Below are positions 1-11,815 of a stretch of 64,000 nucleotides of DNA, one piece after another. The notes beneath the pieces were generated by a model. The model ran no database searches. It saw only the letters and a program-made list of their open reading frames with translations, and was not told the DNA's origin. This DNA comes from Macrostomum hystrix (lineage: Eukaryota > Animalia > Platyhelminthes). Position 1 is the first letter of the stretch. The number at the start of each line of letters is the position of its first letter. A program made the position numbers and the translations under genes. Where the stretch lies: positions 3,224,001-3,288,000 of the forward strand of contig CATNEN010000008.1 of assembly GCA_950097015.1 (NCBI GenBank). Reading direction: 5' to 3'.

Positions 1-522
1 CATTCTGTTCCTTCACTCATGGGATAGACTAGCAATCCATTCTGTTCCTTCACCCATGGGATAGACAAGCAATCCATTCTGTTCCTTCACTGATGGCATA
101 GCTTAGCAATCCATTCTGTTCCTTCACTGATGGGATAGACTAGCAATCCATTCTGTTCCTTCACCCATGGGATAGACTAGCAATCCATTCTGTTCCTTCA
201 CCCATGGGATAGACTAGCAATCCATTCTGTTCCTTCACTGATGGGATAGACTAGCAATCCATTCTGTTCCTTCACTGATGGGATAGACTAGCAATCCATT
301 CTGTTCCTTCACCCATAGGATAGACTAGCAATCCATTCTGTTCCTTCACCCATGGGATAGACTAGCAATCCATTCAGTTCCTTCACTCATGGGATAGACT
401 AGCAATCCATTCTGTTCCTTCACTCATGGGATAGACTAGCAATCCATTCTGTTCCTTCACTGATGGGATAGACTAGCAATCCATTCTGTTCCTTCACTGA
501 TGGGATAGACTAGCAATCCATT
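1..522. repeat. 37-bp tandem satellite (CATTCTGTTCCTTCACCCATGGGATAGACTAGCAATC)n, truncated by window start
   Basis: Head-to-tail 37-bp units with CCCATGGG/CTGATGGG variants; no spacers. Confidence 0.97.
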
Positions 523-523
523 C

Positions 524-706
524 GCGAACATCCGCCTGTTGCTCTGGCAGGCTGTCGGAGTGTCGCAGGCGGAATGCTGCTATGATTCGCTGATGCCTTC
601 GACCTCCTACTCAGCCTCGGTGCTGATGAAGGCTGGCGCCGACGATCTGTGGGAGTCAGAGAGCGACTGCACGGTGTACTTGGAAATCGTTGCTGACAGG
701 ATCTGA
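524..706 (+). other. Possible coding exon or remnant with FN3-like motif
   Basis: Open frame ANIRLLLWQAVGVSQAECCYDSLMPSTSYSASVLMKAG...DRI* with GC-rich third positions; LMPSTSYSASV resembles the FN3 L-x-P-x-T-x-Y-x-x-x-V motif. No clean acceptor outside the satellite. Confidence 0.25.
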
Positions 707-1020
707 AGTCGCTCCTTGTTTGTCGAATTTCGAATATTTCTACAAGATCGTTCTCGCGGCCACCCGGCTACTATTTGCGCGGATTGCACTATCGATCGAA
801 GTTGTCTGCTACTGTACGAGTATTGTCACAGATTATTATGCATGCCGTGTTCAATATTTTATATAAAATTTTAGTTTATATAATTGGCTTAACGGTGACC
901 AGCAAATCTTCCGTTTACCGTATAGCTCATCAGCTTGAAGTCTGTCGGAGAAGCTCTACGGACATTCTCGAGTAGCATGCTGTGTCTCGGGCTGTTCTCA
1001 CCCAATGGATTGGATAGCCA

Positions 1021-1631
1021 CTCACTCCCTCTCCCTCTCCTTCTCCCTCTCCATCTCACCCTCTTACTCTCCTTCTCCCTCTCCCTCTCACCCTCTTACT
1101 CCCCTTCTCCCTCTCCATCTCACCCTCTTACTCTCCTTCTCCCTCTCCCTCTCACCCTCTTACTCTCCTTCTCCCTCTCCATCTCACCCTCTTACTCCCC
1201 TTCTCCCTCTCCCTCTCACCCTCTTACTCTCCTTCTCCCTCTCCATCTCACCCTCTTACTCTCCTTCTCCCTCTCCATCTCACCCTCTTACTCTCCTTCT
1301 CCCTCTCCATCTCACCCTCTTACTCTCCTTCTTCCTCTCCATCTCACCCTCTTACTCTCCTTCTTCCTCTCCATCTCACCCTCTTACTCTCCTTCTTCCT
1401 CTCCATCTCACCCTCTTACTCTCCTTCTTCCCTCTCCATCTCACCCTCTTACTCTCCTTCTCCCTCTCCATCTCACCCTCTTACTCTCCTTCTCCCTCTC
1501 CATCTCACCCTCTTACTCTCCTTCTCCCTCTCCATCTCACCCTCTTACTCTCCTTCTTCCTCTCCATCTCACCCTCTTACTCTCCTTCTCCCTCTCCATC
1601 TCACCCTCTTACTCTCCTTCTCCCTCTCCCA
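1021..1631. repeat. CT-rich ~32-bp minisatellite
   Basis: Unit ~CTCTCCTTCTCCCTCTCCATCTCACCCTCTTA; explains ORFs 935..1708 and 1005..1826. Confidence 0.93.
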
Positions 1632-2286
1632 TTCCCCTCAAGAGTTTCATGGATTCGCAGAACTCGTATGGAATTAATTATCCTGTCAAGCGCATACTCG
1701 GATTTTAAAGAAAAAATGTACGCATTAAACATTTTAACTATTCCAGCTGCATGCCAGAATCTGTTTATGAAAGTTTCGTTAATACTTGACAATAACTGTT
1801 GGATTTGTGTTGGTGTGTCCGGCTAAAATAAGCTAGCAAAAGTGTAAATCAAAGCCTTAATTTAACTGTGTGAATGCAATTTTTCTACCTTATAGCTTTA
1901 TGTGGCTGTGCTAAGCTGCACAGATCGACAGTGTAATCCGGCCACTAAAACCTGCACCAGCCGATTCTTGCTTTGCCAACATCCTTGGCTAGCTGAGTTT
2001 GCCTTTCAAATCAGGGAAATAGTTTTGAACAATATTTTCTTTTATAAACTGTTACTTCCTAAGGCTCTTTTAAACAGGTAAATGCTAAAATAACAGTCTA
2101 AAAATAGCATTCAGAAAACATTAGGACTGCATGCACAGTGAAAATGTAAATCTACTTTGTGTGCAACATCAGTCCTACAATGACTACTCTAAGCTTTTCG
2201 TAAGTAGTCACTTACGAATATGATGAGCTTATTTTTATGCTAGTCTAGTCGAAATTGACATCTAAAAACTTCATAATGTAGTCAAG

Positions 2287-3832
2287 GGATAGACTAGCAA
2301 TCCATTCTGTTCCTTCACCCATGGGATAGACTAGCAATCCATTCTGTTCCTTCACCATGGGATAGACTAGCAATCCATTCTGTTCCTTCACCCATGGGAT
2401 AGACTAGCAATCCATTCTGTTCCTTCACCCATGGGATAGACTAGCAATCCATTCTTTTCCTTCACCCATGGGATAGACTAGCAATCCATTCTGTTCCTTC
2501 ACCCATGGCATAGACTAGCAATCCATTCTGTTCCTTCACTGATGGGATAGACTAGCAATCCATTCTGTTCCTTCACCCATGGGATAGACTAGCAATCCAT
2601 TCTGTTCCTTCACCCATGGCATAGACTAGCAATCCATTCTGTTCCTTCACCCATGGGATAGACTAGCAATCCATTCTGTTCCTTCACCCATGGGATAGAC
2701 TAGCAATCCATTCTGTTCCTTCACCCATGGCATAGACTAGCAATCCATTCTGTTCCTTCACCCATGGGATAGACTAGCAATCCATTCTGTTCCTTCACCC
2801 ATGGGATAGACTAGCAATCCATTCTGTTCCTTCACCCATAGGATAGACTAGCAATCCATTCTGTTCCTTCACCCATGGGATAGACTAGCAATCCATTCTG
2901 TTCCTTCACTGATGGGATAGACTAGCAATCCATTCTGTTCCTTCACCCATAGGATAGACTAGCAATCCATTCTGTTCCTTCACTGATGGGATAGACTAGC
3001 AATCCATTCTGTTCCTTCACTGATGGGATAGACTAGCAATCCATTCTGTTCCTTCACCCATGGGATAGACTAGCAATCCATTCTGTTCCTTCACCCATTG
3101 GATAGACTAGCAATCCATTCTGTTCCTTCACCCATAGGATAGACTAGCAATCCATTCTGTTCCTTCACCCATAGGATAGACTAGCAATCCATTCTGTTTC
3201 CTTCACCCATGGGATAGACTAGCAATCCATTCTGTTCCTTCACTGATGGGATAGACTAGCAATCCATTCTGTTCCTTCACTGATGGGATAGACTAGCAAT
3301 CCATTCTGTTCCTTCACCCATGGGATAGACTAGCAATCCATTCTGTTCCTTTACCCATGGGATAGACTAGCAATCCATTCTGTTCCTTCACTGATGGGAT
3401 AGACTAGCAATCCATTCTGTTCCTTCACCCATGGGATAGACTAGCAATCCATTATGTTCCTTCAGTGATGGGATAGACAAGCAATCCATTCTGTTCCTTC
3501 ACCCATGGGATAGACTAGCAATCCATTCTGTTCCTTCACTGATGGGATGGACTAGCAATCCATTCTGTTCCTTCAATGATGGGATAGACTAGCAATCCAT
3601 TCTGTTCCTTCACCCATGGGATAGACTAGCAATCCATTCTGTTCCTTCAACCATGGGATAGACTAGCAATCCATTCTGTTCCTTCACTGATGGGATAGAC
3701 TAGCAATCCATTCTGTTCCTTCACCCATGGGATAGACTAGCAATCCATTCTGTTCCTTCACCCATGGGATAGACTAGCAATCCATTCTTTTCCTTCACTG
3801 ATGGGATAGACTAGCAATCCATTCTGTTCCTT
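2287..3832. repeat. 37-bp tandem satellite, same family as 1-522
   Basis: About 40 copies of the same 37-bp unit in the same orientation. Confidence 0.97.
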
Positions 3833-5365
3833 GAGGCCTGAGGTTCAGCATGAGGCCTGTGCTAAGTCTTCGTCTTGAATTGTGGATAGTCTCGATCACA
3901 GTCCAGGCCTCACCCAATGCTGCCAGCGAGTAAGTCGAGCGAGGAAACGCGTGTTGAGCTCTGTGCCGCAACTGCTCCGAGCTGCTCTTGAGGACTCAAA
4001 CAGTTCAGGCGGAGCAAGATTTGCAAAAGAAAAATAATAATGGAAAAAGAAGTGGCAGAAGAGGCCAGTTGAGGGAACAGGATTTGACGCCGCAAGTTGA
4101 GCAGGAGTGCCCGGCACAGACGCACCGTGTGCGGCTCTGTGGTGCTAAATCTGCGCTAATCTCTGCTTAACAGAGCGAGACCTTGCTGGAAAGTCGGGGG
4201 GTGGGTTGTCGGTCCCGCGAGACCAGCCATGTCCGACAAGCCGCGGCCGAGTTACTGCCGCTTTTCAACGATTGAACGTTTTTAGATTTCAACGGGGCCC
4301 CTCTTGGGGAGAGAGGGGGAAAAGAGTAGGAGGAAAGTGAGTAGGGGATATACAACTTCATCATGTACCGCACTGGTGAGTCTCCAGGGAGCTGCAGGGC
4401 TTGTGGGCAGAGAATTCTCACCGAGATAAGTCATGGCCAGTTCTCAGGACTTAGCAAACAGATGAGGCCCGTATACTGGGATGCAACAGTCTTTTGCCGC
4501 GATAATATAGGAGGAAATTCACGGGCTGCCAGTTGCTGGCAACAATTTCTTTCTTCAGCGGCGGAAGTAACAAAACCTGAAAGCAGAGATTCTGAAGAAA
4601 TGAAGTTGAGCAGCTCCTGGACCTCCTTTTGTCATCCGTCTCTGTAGGGGGGGGTCTGGTGAGGGCATTGGCTGATGATGGCTATCTGTTGAGCTTTGTT
4701 AAACTGCTCAGCGCTGAATGCCGTGTCCCTGGCTGTCAGGAAATGGCCCCCAAATGGCCCTCGGTGAGGCGGTGCTAGCGGCCCAGGGATTGGAATCGCG
4801 TGAGGAGACGGACAATCATCAAGATTAAATGAGCAACAATGCGTTCCAGCGAGCAGGAAGTTGGTTAGAACCCGGCAGGGAGTCCGCGTGGATGGATGGC
4901 AATCCAGCAGTTTTCTAAGGGGACGAGAGAATTCCTGTGGGATTGTTGCTCTTGACAGAGCAGTGTCAAACAGGGGATCTGGGACCAGGCCATCAATTGA
5001 GAAATCACTGTTCCTGTTGACTCCCCGCTGAGAGCATCTGGTCCCATTGTGAGCAGGGGAGCTGGGAACAGGAAGACGCGGAGCATGCCAGAGTCTGCTG
5101 CCAGGCACTGGCAGCTTCATAGTCGGCAATTTCTCGACAATTCTGGCTTCTAATAATAGTAGCTAGCAGCAATGGCTGTAAATAATATGACAGGGGATAA
5201 AAATGAATTCCTGGCTGTGTCCGATGAGCTTCTTAAATTAAATTAATTTTTAAGCCATTTCAGTCATCTTTCAGATGAGAAAAAATGTGACACTCGCGTA
5301 GTTATACTGATGCTTGCATAGAGAGCGACTCAGGACGACATGAAACCATTATCTTGGAGATCGGA

Positions 5366-5967
5366 GTGTGTCAGAGATAGTTTCAAAGAGTGTCAGAGAG
5401 TGTGTCAGAGAAAGTGTCAGAGAGTGTGTCAGAAGCTACCGTATCAGAGAGTGTGTCAGAGGGTGTGTCAGAGATAGTTTCAAAAAGTGTCAGAGAAAGT
5501 GTCAGAGAGTGTGTCAGAAGCTACCGTATCAGAGAGTGTGTCAGAGAGTGTATCAGAGAGTGTGTCAGAGAGTGTGTCAGAGAGTGTCAGAGAGTGTGTC
5601 AGAGAGTGTGTCAGAGAGTGTGTCAGAGAGTGTGTCAGAGAGTGTGTCAGAGAGTGTGTCAGAGAGTGTGTCAGAGAGTGTGTCAGAGAGTGTGTCAGAG
5701 TCAGAGAGTCAGATAGTCAGAGAGTGTATCAGAGATAGTTTCGAAAAGAGTGTGTCAGAGAGTGTCAGAGAGTGTATCAGAGAGTGTGTCAGAGAGTGTG
5801 TCAGAGAGTGTGTCAGAGAGTGGGTCAGAGAGTGTGTCAGAGAGTGTGTCAGAGTCAGAGAGTCAGAGAGTCAGAGAGTGTGTCAGAGAGTGTGTCAGAG
5901 TGTGTCAGAGAGTGTATCAGAGTCAGAGAGTCAGATAGTCAGAGAGTGTGTCAGAGAGTGTGTCAGA
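5366..5967. repeat. 12-bp (GAGAGTGTGTCA)n repeat
   Basis: Direct reading; produces the spurious SESV/RECV/CQRV ORFs. Confidence 0.93.
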
Positions 5968-6385
5968 CCGATTGCTTATTATTTGAAGCGGGTTAAGAAA
6001 ACAAACAGCCCTTCTAACGGGCGCATTAGCTAGTGGACCGGACTGTTTTACAAACAGAAGCCTCAAAATCTTCAATCCATGAAAATCGCTTAGCCAACGC
6101 AGAAACGTCGGGGATTAATCTGCAGGATGATGGTAGGGGAGCAGGGGATGCGCCGATGCTCCTCATTGGCTGGAGCGATGAGACTCGCTGCCTCACGGGC
6201 CTATGGGGTTTTGGGAGGCTGGGAAGAGGCTGGGGCCGCGTCCCGGGCAAGCGATGGCCACCCCATCCGTGATCATTGTGGGGCCCCGATGCGGCATCAT
6301 AAAAAGCTTGTTAGCGCGTCCCAGAAATTTCGCTTGCATGTTTTTAACATAATTTTTCATAGGTTCTTTCAATTGCTCACCCGCA

Positions 6386-7671
6386 ATGTCTGCCAGCGGT
6401 AAGAAGTCCAAGGAGATTTCGCATGAGTCTATTCAGGTGAGCACAGTTAAGTTGAGTCATGTTGCTCCAGTTCATCCATGGAAATGGGAACCAGCATTGG
6501 AATTTGGAGTTGAAATTTGGTCTATGTGCCCCCCCGCCCCAGTGGCACTGACTGAACATCCGGCCAGGTGTGAATTCTATTTGTTTGTTGGGACCAGTGG
6601 GATGCACAAAGGTAAACATCTGGGATTTGAACAAAATCTAAAAATTCCAGCCCGGAGGCTCCGCCGATTCAGCGTGGCTCCAAGCGCAGCCCACGGCACC
6701 GCCGCCTTCAGCGCCGCAACTGCCGCAGGCGATCTTCGACTCAGCGACTGGCATCGGCGACGGCGGTGTCGGCGACGGCGGCGGCTCCGGCAGCCCGTCG
6801 GAGCCCTGGCGACAGCTGCAGCAGGCGGCCTTCGCCTACAACCTCGACCCGCACCTGCTGGCCGTGTACAACAGCGGCATCGGGCTGGATGGACCGAGGC
6901 GGAAGAATGCCACCAGGGAGACAACCGCACTGCTCAAGGCCTGGCTTCAGGAGCACAAGAGAAACCCGTATCCGTCCAAGGGCGAGAAGATCATGCTGGC
7001 CATTATCACCAAGATGACGCTGACACAGGTGCGATCTTGACATCCGCTGACCCCTGCAAACGGACTGCATTCCGTTTCTTTCTGTCTCCTATCGCTCCTC
7101 GTCTGTGACTCTACCTCTCTCACCCGACCTCTCTCACTCCACCAAGGTGTCCACCTGGTTCGCCAACGCGCGCCGTCGACTGAAGAAGGAGAACAAGATG
7201 ACGTGGAGCCCGCGCAACCGCTCCGAGGAGGAGAAGCGGCAGGCCGAGGAGGCCGCTAGCGCTGCCGCCGCGGCTGAGCGCGATCCCCTTCTAGACGGCG
7301 ATCTAGACGACGACAACGACGACGATCTAAACGACCTAAATGATCACGACGACGAAGTAGAAAATGACGACGACGCGAACATCGATACAAGCGCCGAAGA
7401 TGGCAGCGACATTGGCGACGTTGCCGAGCGGGACAATGGCGAGATTCCCGGGTTGGGGACAGCTGCGGCAAAGCGCCGGCACGGCCAGGCGGCTGCGGCG
7501 GGGGCAGCCGGCAGGTCGGAGGCCGCGGCAAAGAAGCCTAGAATCTGGTCTCTCGTGGACACCATCAGTGACAAGCAGCAGCAGCAGCAGCAGCAGCGTA
7601 AGCAGTCAACGCCCCTGCACCTGCCTCTTTCATCGATGCAACATCTTCCTCAGCAAATGCAGAATCACCTT

Positions 7672-7706
<35 letters not shown>

Positions 7707-8103
7707 CCTTGGCTTGTTCCCATTTCCGCTGCCACATCCGCTGGCCGGGCTCTTCTCTCAGCAGTCAGCTGCTGCTGTTGCTGCCGCTGCCGCTGCAGCC
7801 GCCACGGCCGCCAAAGTCAGCCTGCCCAGTCATCACCAGCTGATGCCGCCGCCGCCTCCTCTGCCATCGTTACCGACCTCACTGCAAGCGTCGCCGCCTT
7901 ACCACCTGCCCATGTTTGCTGGCCTGCCTCCGCCGCCGCAGCCGCCGCTGGGAATGTTCCCGCCATTCGCCCCGCCATTTCCTCCGTCCCTGATGCCACC
8001 GACGTCCAGTGCGGTTGGCACCTTTCCGCCGTCCCTGCTGACTGCGGAGTTTGCTGCGGCTGCGGCCGCTGCGGCGGCGGCTCAGATGCATCGGGCCGGG
8101 TGA
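6386..8103 (+). CDS. Irx: Iroquois-class TALE homeobox transcription factor; proposed exons 6386-6436, 6651-7028, 7147-8103 (~461 aa)
   Basis: [44 protein letters not shown]|[25 protein letters not shown] is the Irx homeodomain, split by a phase-0 GT-AG intron 7029-7146. Acidic stretch and IRO-box-like [10 protein letters not shown] follow. First exon is phase-compatible but less certain. Confidence 0.95.
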
Positions 8104-8416
8104 TGATGAGGTGCGCAGCTGCTTCTCTCGAGTTGCCTGTAATTTTTTTGTACTCGTGACTTCATATTTCCTTCAAAGCTCTCCACAATTGCTTTGCAGA
8201 TTTCCTGAATGCCTCGGTCTTCTACGGCTGCAAATGCTGCTCGCTTCGCCTGTTGCGCGGACTAAAAAATCGACAGATTTCTGAATCTATTTGAGTGCCA
8301 GCGTTGATTTTTTACTTACCTGTCATACGAGTATAGGCCACGGCCCCTGACTTGTACGTACTAGTGCACCAACGGCTATGCTGATGCTTTATTGTTTTAC
8401 TGTTAGACAAGATGCC

Positions 8417-8960
8417 TCTCCCCTCTCCTTCTGCCCCTCCCTCTCCATCTGCATCTCCCTCTCCATCTTCCTCTCCCTCTCCATCTTCCTCTCCCTCTCC
8501 ATCTGCATCTCCCTCTCCATCTTCCTCTCCCTCTCCATCTTCCTCTCCCTCTCCATCTTCCTCTCGCTCTCCATCTTCCTCTCCCTTCCATCTGCATCTC
8601 ACTCTCCATCTTCCTCTCCCTCTCCATCTTCCTCTCCCTCTCCATCTTCCTCTCCCTCTCCATCTTCCTCTCCCTCTCCATCTTCCTCTCCCTCTCCATC
8701 TTCCTCTCCCTCTCCATCTTCCTCTCCCTCTCCATCTTCCTCTCCCTCTCCATCTTCCTCTCCCTCTCCATCTTCCTCTCCCTCTCCATCTTCCTCTCCC
8801 TCTCCATCTTCCTCTCCCTCTCCATCTTCCTCTCCCTCTCCATCTTCCTCTCCCTCTCCATCTTCCTCTCCCTCTCCATCTTCCTCTCCCTCTCCATCTT
8901 CCTCTCCCTCTCCATCTTCCTCTCCCTCTCCATCTTCCTCTCCCTCCCTCACCCTCTGCG
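8417..8960. repeat. 18-bp CT-rich minisatellite (CTCCCTCTCCATCTTCCT)n
   Basis: Direct reading; lies 3' of the Irx stop. Confidence 0.95.
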
Positions 8961-9394
8961 CCCCACATTTTCTCGCCTTCCTCTCGCTTTCTCGTTTTCA
9001 CTCCCGTAGGCTTATTAGCATCAAAAATCACAAAGAAAATTATCAATAAAAATGTATTGCAGCAGCTTTTTGCAGTTTTACTTTTCTGATTCTGTCTGTG
9101 TGGCCTCTAAATGTACATGTGAAAAGTGAGACGTCTCACTCGTTTAACTCGTTAATTAGCCTTTTATACCAGCTTAGTTCAAAAGCGAATCCTCAATTTG
9201 AAGTATGAAATACAAAATAAAACATTCTATAAGTAAATTCCGATGCGTATTAAACAAACCTACTGTCCAAGTACCACAGCTTCTGATTAGAGAGAGCCGA
9301 TTCTAGGAAAGAGAGATAAGACATGCGCTAGGCTGGTGCATTCATAGGATATATTGGGATACGGAAGAATATTTACTGCAGAGGAAAGAGGCCA

Positions 9395-11815
9395 AGGGAG
9401 ATGAGAGGGGAATAGGAGAAGGGAGATGAGAGGCGAGATGAGAGGGAGAGGAGAGGGAATAGGAGAAGGGTGATGAGAGGGAATAGGAGAAGGGAGATGA
9501 GAGGCGAGATGAGAGGGAGAGGAGAGGGAATAGGAGAAGGGAGATGAGAGGGAATAGGAGAAGGGTGATGAGAGGGAATAGGAGAAGGGAGATGAGAGGC
9601 GAGATGAGAGGGAGAGGAGAGGGAATAGGAGAAGGGTGATGAGAGGGAATAGGAGAAGGGAGATGAGAGGCGAGATGAGAGGGAGAGGAGAGGGAATAGG
9701 AGAAGGGTGATGAGAGGGAATAGGAGAAGGGAGATGAGAGGGAATAGGAGAAGGGTGATGAGAGGGAATAGGAGAAGGGAGATGAGAGGCGAGATGAGAG
9801 GGAGAGGAGAGGGAATAGGAGAAGGGTGATGAGAGGGAATAGGAGAAGGGAGATGAGAGGCGAGATGAGAGGGAGAGGAGAGGGAATAGGAGAAGGGTGA
9901 TGAGAGGGAATAGGAGAAGGGAGATGAGAGGGAATAGGAGAAGGGAGATGAGAGGCGAGATGAGAGGGAGAGGAGAGGGAATAGGAGAAGGGTGATGAGA
10001 GGGAATAGGAGAAGGGAGATGAGAGGGAATAGGAGAAGGGAGATGAGAGGCGAGATGAGAAGGGAGATGAGAGGGAATAGGAGAAGGGAGATGAGAGGGG
10101 AGAGGAGAAGGGAGATGAGAGGGAATAGGAGAAGGGAGATGAGAGGCGAGATGAGAGGGAATAGCAGAAGGGTGATGAGAGGGAATCGGAGAAGGGAGAT
10201 GAGAGGGAATAGGAGAAGGGAGAGGAGAGGGAATAGGAGAAGGGAGATGAGAGGGAATAGGAGAAGGGAGAGGAAAGGGAATAGGAGAAGGGAGATGAGA
10301 GGGAATAGGAGAAGGGAGATGAGAGGGGAGAGGAGAAGGGAGATGAGAGGGAATAGGAGAAGGGAGATGAGAGGGGAGAGGAGAAGGGAGATGAGAGGGA
10401 ATAGGAGAAGGGAGATGAGAGGCGAGATGAGAGGCAATAGCAGAAGGGTGATGAGAGGGAATCGGAGAAGGGAGATGAGAGGGAATAGGAGAAGGGAGAG
10501 GAGAGGGAATAGGAGAAGGGAGATGAGAGGGAATAGGAGAAGGGAGAGGAAAGGGAATAGGAGAAGGAGATGAGAGGGAATAGGAGAAGGGAGATGAGAG
10601 GGAATCGGAGAAGGGAGATGAGAGGGAATAGGAGAAGGGAGATGAGAGGGAATAGGAGAAGGGAGATGAGAGGGAATCGGAGAAGGGAGATGAGAGGGAA
10701 TAGGAGAAGGGAGAGGAGAGGGAATAGGAGAAGGGAGATGAGAGGGAATAGGAGAAGGGAGATGAGAGGGAATAGGAGAAGGGAGAGGAGAGGGAATAGG
10801 AGAAGGGAGAGGAGAGGGAATAGGAGAAGGGAGATGAGAGGGAATAGGAGAAGGGAGAGGAGAGGGAATAGGAGAAGGGAGAGGAGAGGGAATAGGAGAA
10901 GGGAGATGAGAGGGAATCGGAGAAGGGAGATGAGAGGGAATCGGAGAAGGGAGATGAGAGGGAATCGGAGAAGGGAGAGGAGAGGGAATAGGAGAAGGGA
11001 GATGAGAGGGAATAGGAGAAGGGAGATGAGAGGGAATAGGAGAAGGGAGATGAGAGGGAATAGGAGAAGGGAGATGAGAGGGAATAGGAGAAGGGAGATG
11101 AGAGGGAATAGCAGAAGGGTGATGAGAGGGAATCGGAGAAGGGAGATGAGAGGGAATAGGAGAAGGGAGATGAGAGGGAATAGGAGAAGGGAGATGAGAG
11201 GGAATAGGAGAAGGGAGATGAGAGGGAATAGGAGAAGGGAGATGAGAGGGAATAAGAGAAGGGAGATGAGAGGGAATAGCAGAAGGGTGATGAGAGGGAA
11301 TAGGAGAAGGGAGAGGAGAGGGAATAGGAGAAGGGAGATGAGAGGGAATAGGAGAAGGGAGATGAGAGGGGAGAGGAGAAGGGAGATGAGAGGGAATAGG
11401 AGAAGGGAGATGAGAGGGAATAGGAGAAGGGAGATGAGAGGGAATCGGAGAAGGGAGATGAGAGGGAATAGGAGAAGGGAGATGAGAGGGAATAGGAGAA
11501 GGGAGATGAGAGGGAATAGGAGAAGGGAGATGAGAGGGAATCGGAGAAGGGAGATGAGAGGGAATAGGAGAAGGGAGATGAGAGGGAATAGGAGAAGGGA
11601 GATGAGAGGGAATCGGAGAAGGGAGATGAGAGGGAATAGGAGAAGGGAGATGAGAGGGAATAGCAGAAGGGTGATGAGAGGGAATCGGAGAAGGGAGATG
11701 AGAGGGGAGAGGTGAGGGAGATGAGAGGCGAGATGAGAGGGAGATGAGAGGCGAGATGAGATGGAGATGTGAGGCGAGATGAGATGGAGATAAGAGGGGA
11801 GATAAGGTGAGGAGG
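9395..11815. repeat. 24-bp purine-rich minisatellite (GAGAGGGAATAGGAGAAGGGAGAT)n, ~2.4 kb
   Basis: Direct reading; explains the 878/881-aa and MRGNRRRE ORFs. Confidence 0.96.

Noticed and set aside
1-3832. 37-bp repeats as a CRISPR array
   Set aside because: Units are contiguous with no unique spacers, there are no cas genes and the context is eukaryotic.
3832-5150. Possible exons or kinase-like fragment (LRKLLDCHPSTR)
   Set aside because: No consistent splice or phase model and only a weak motif resemblance.
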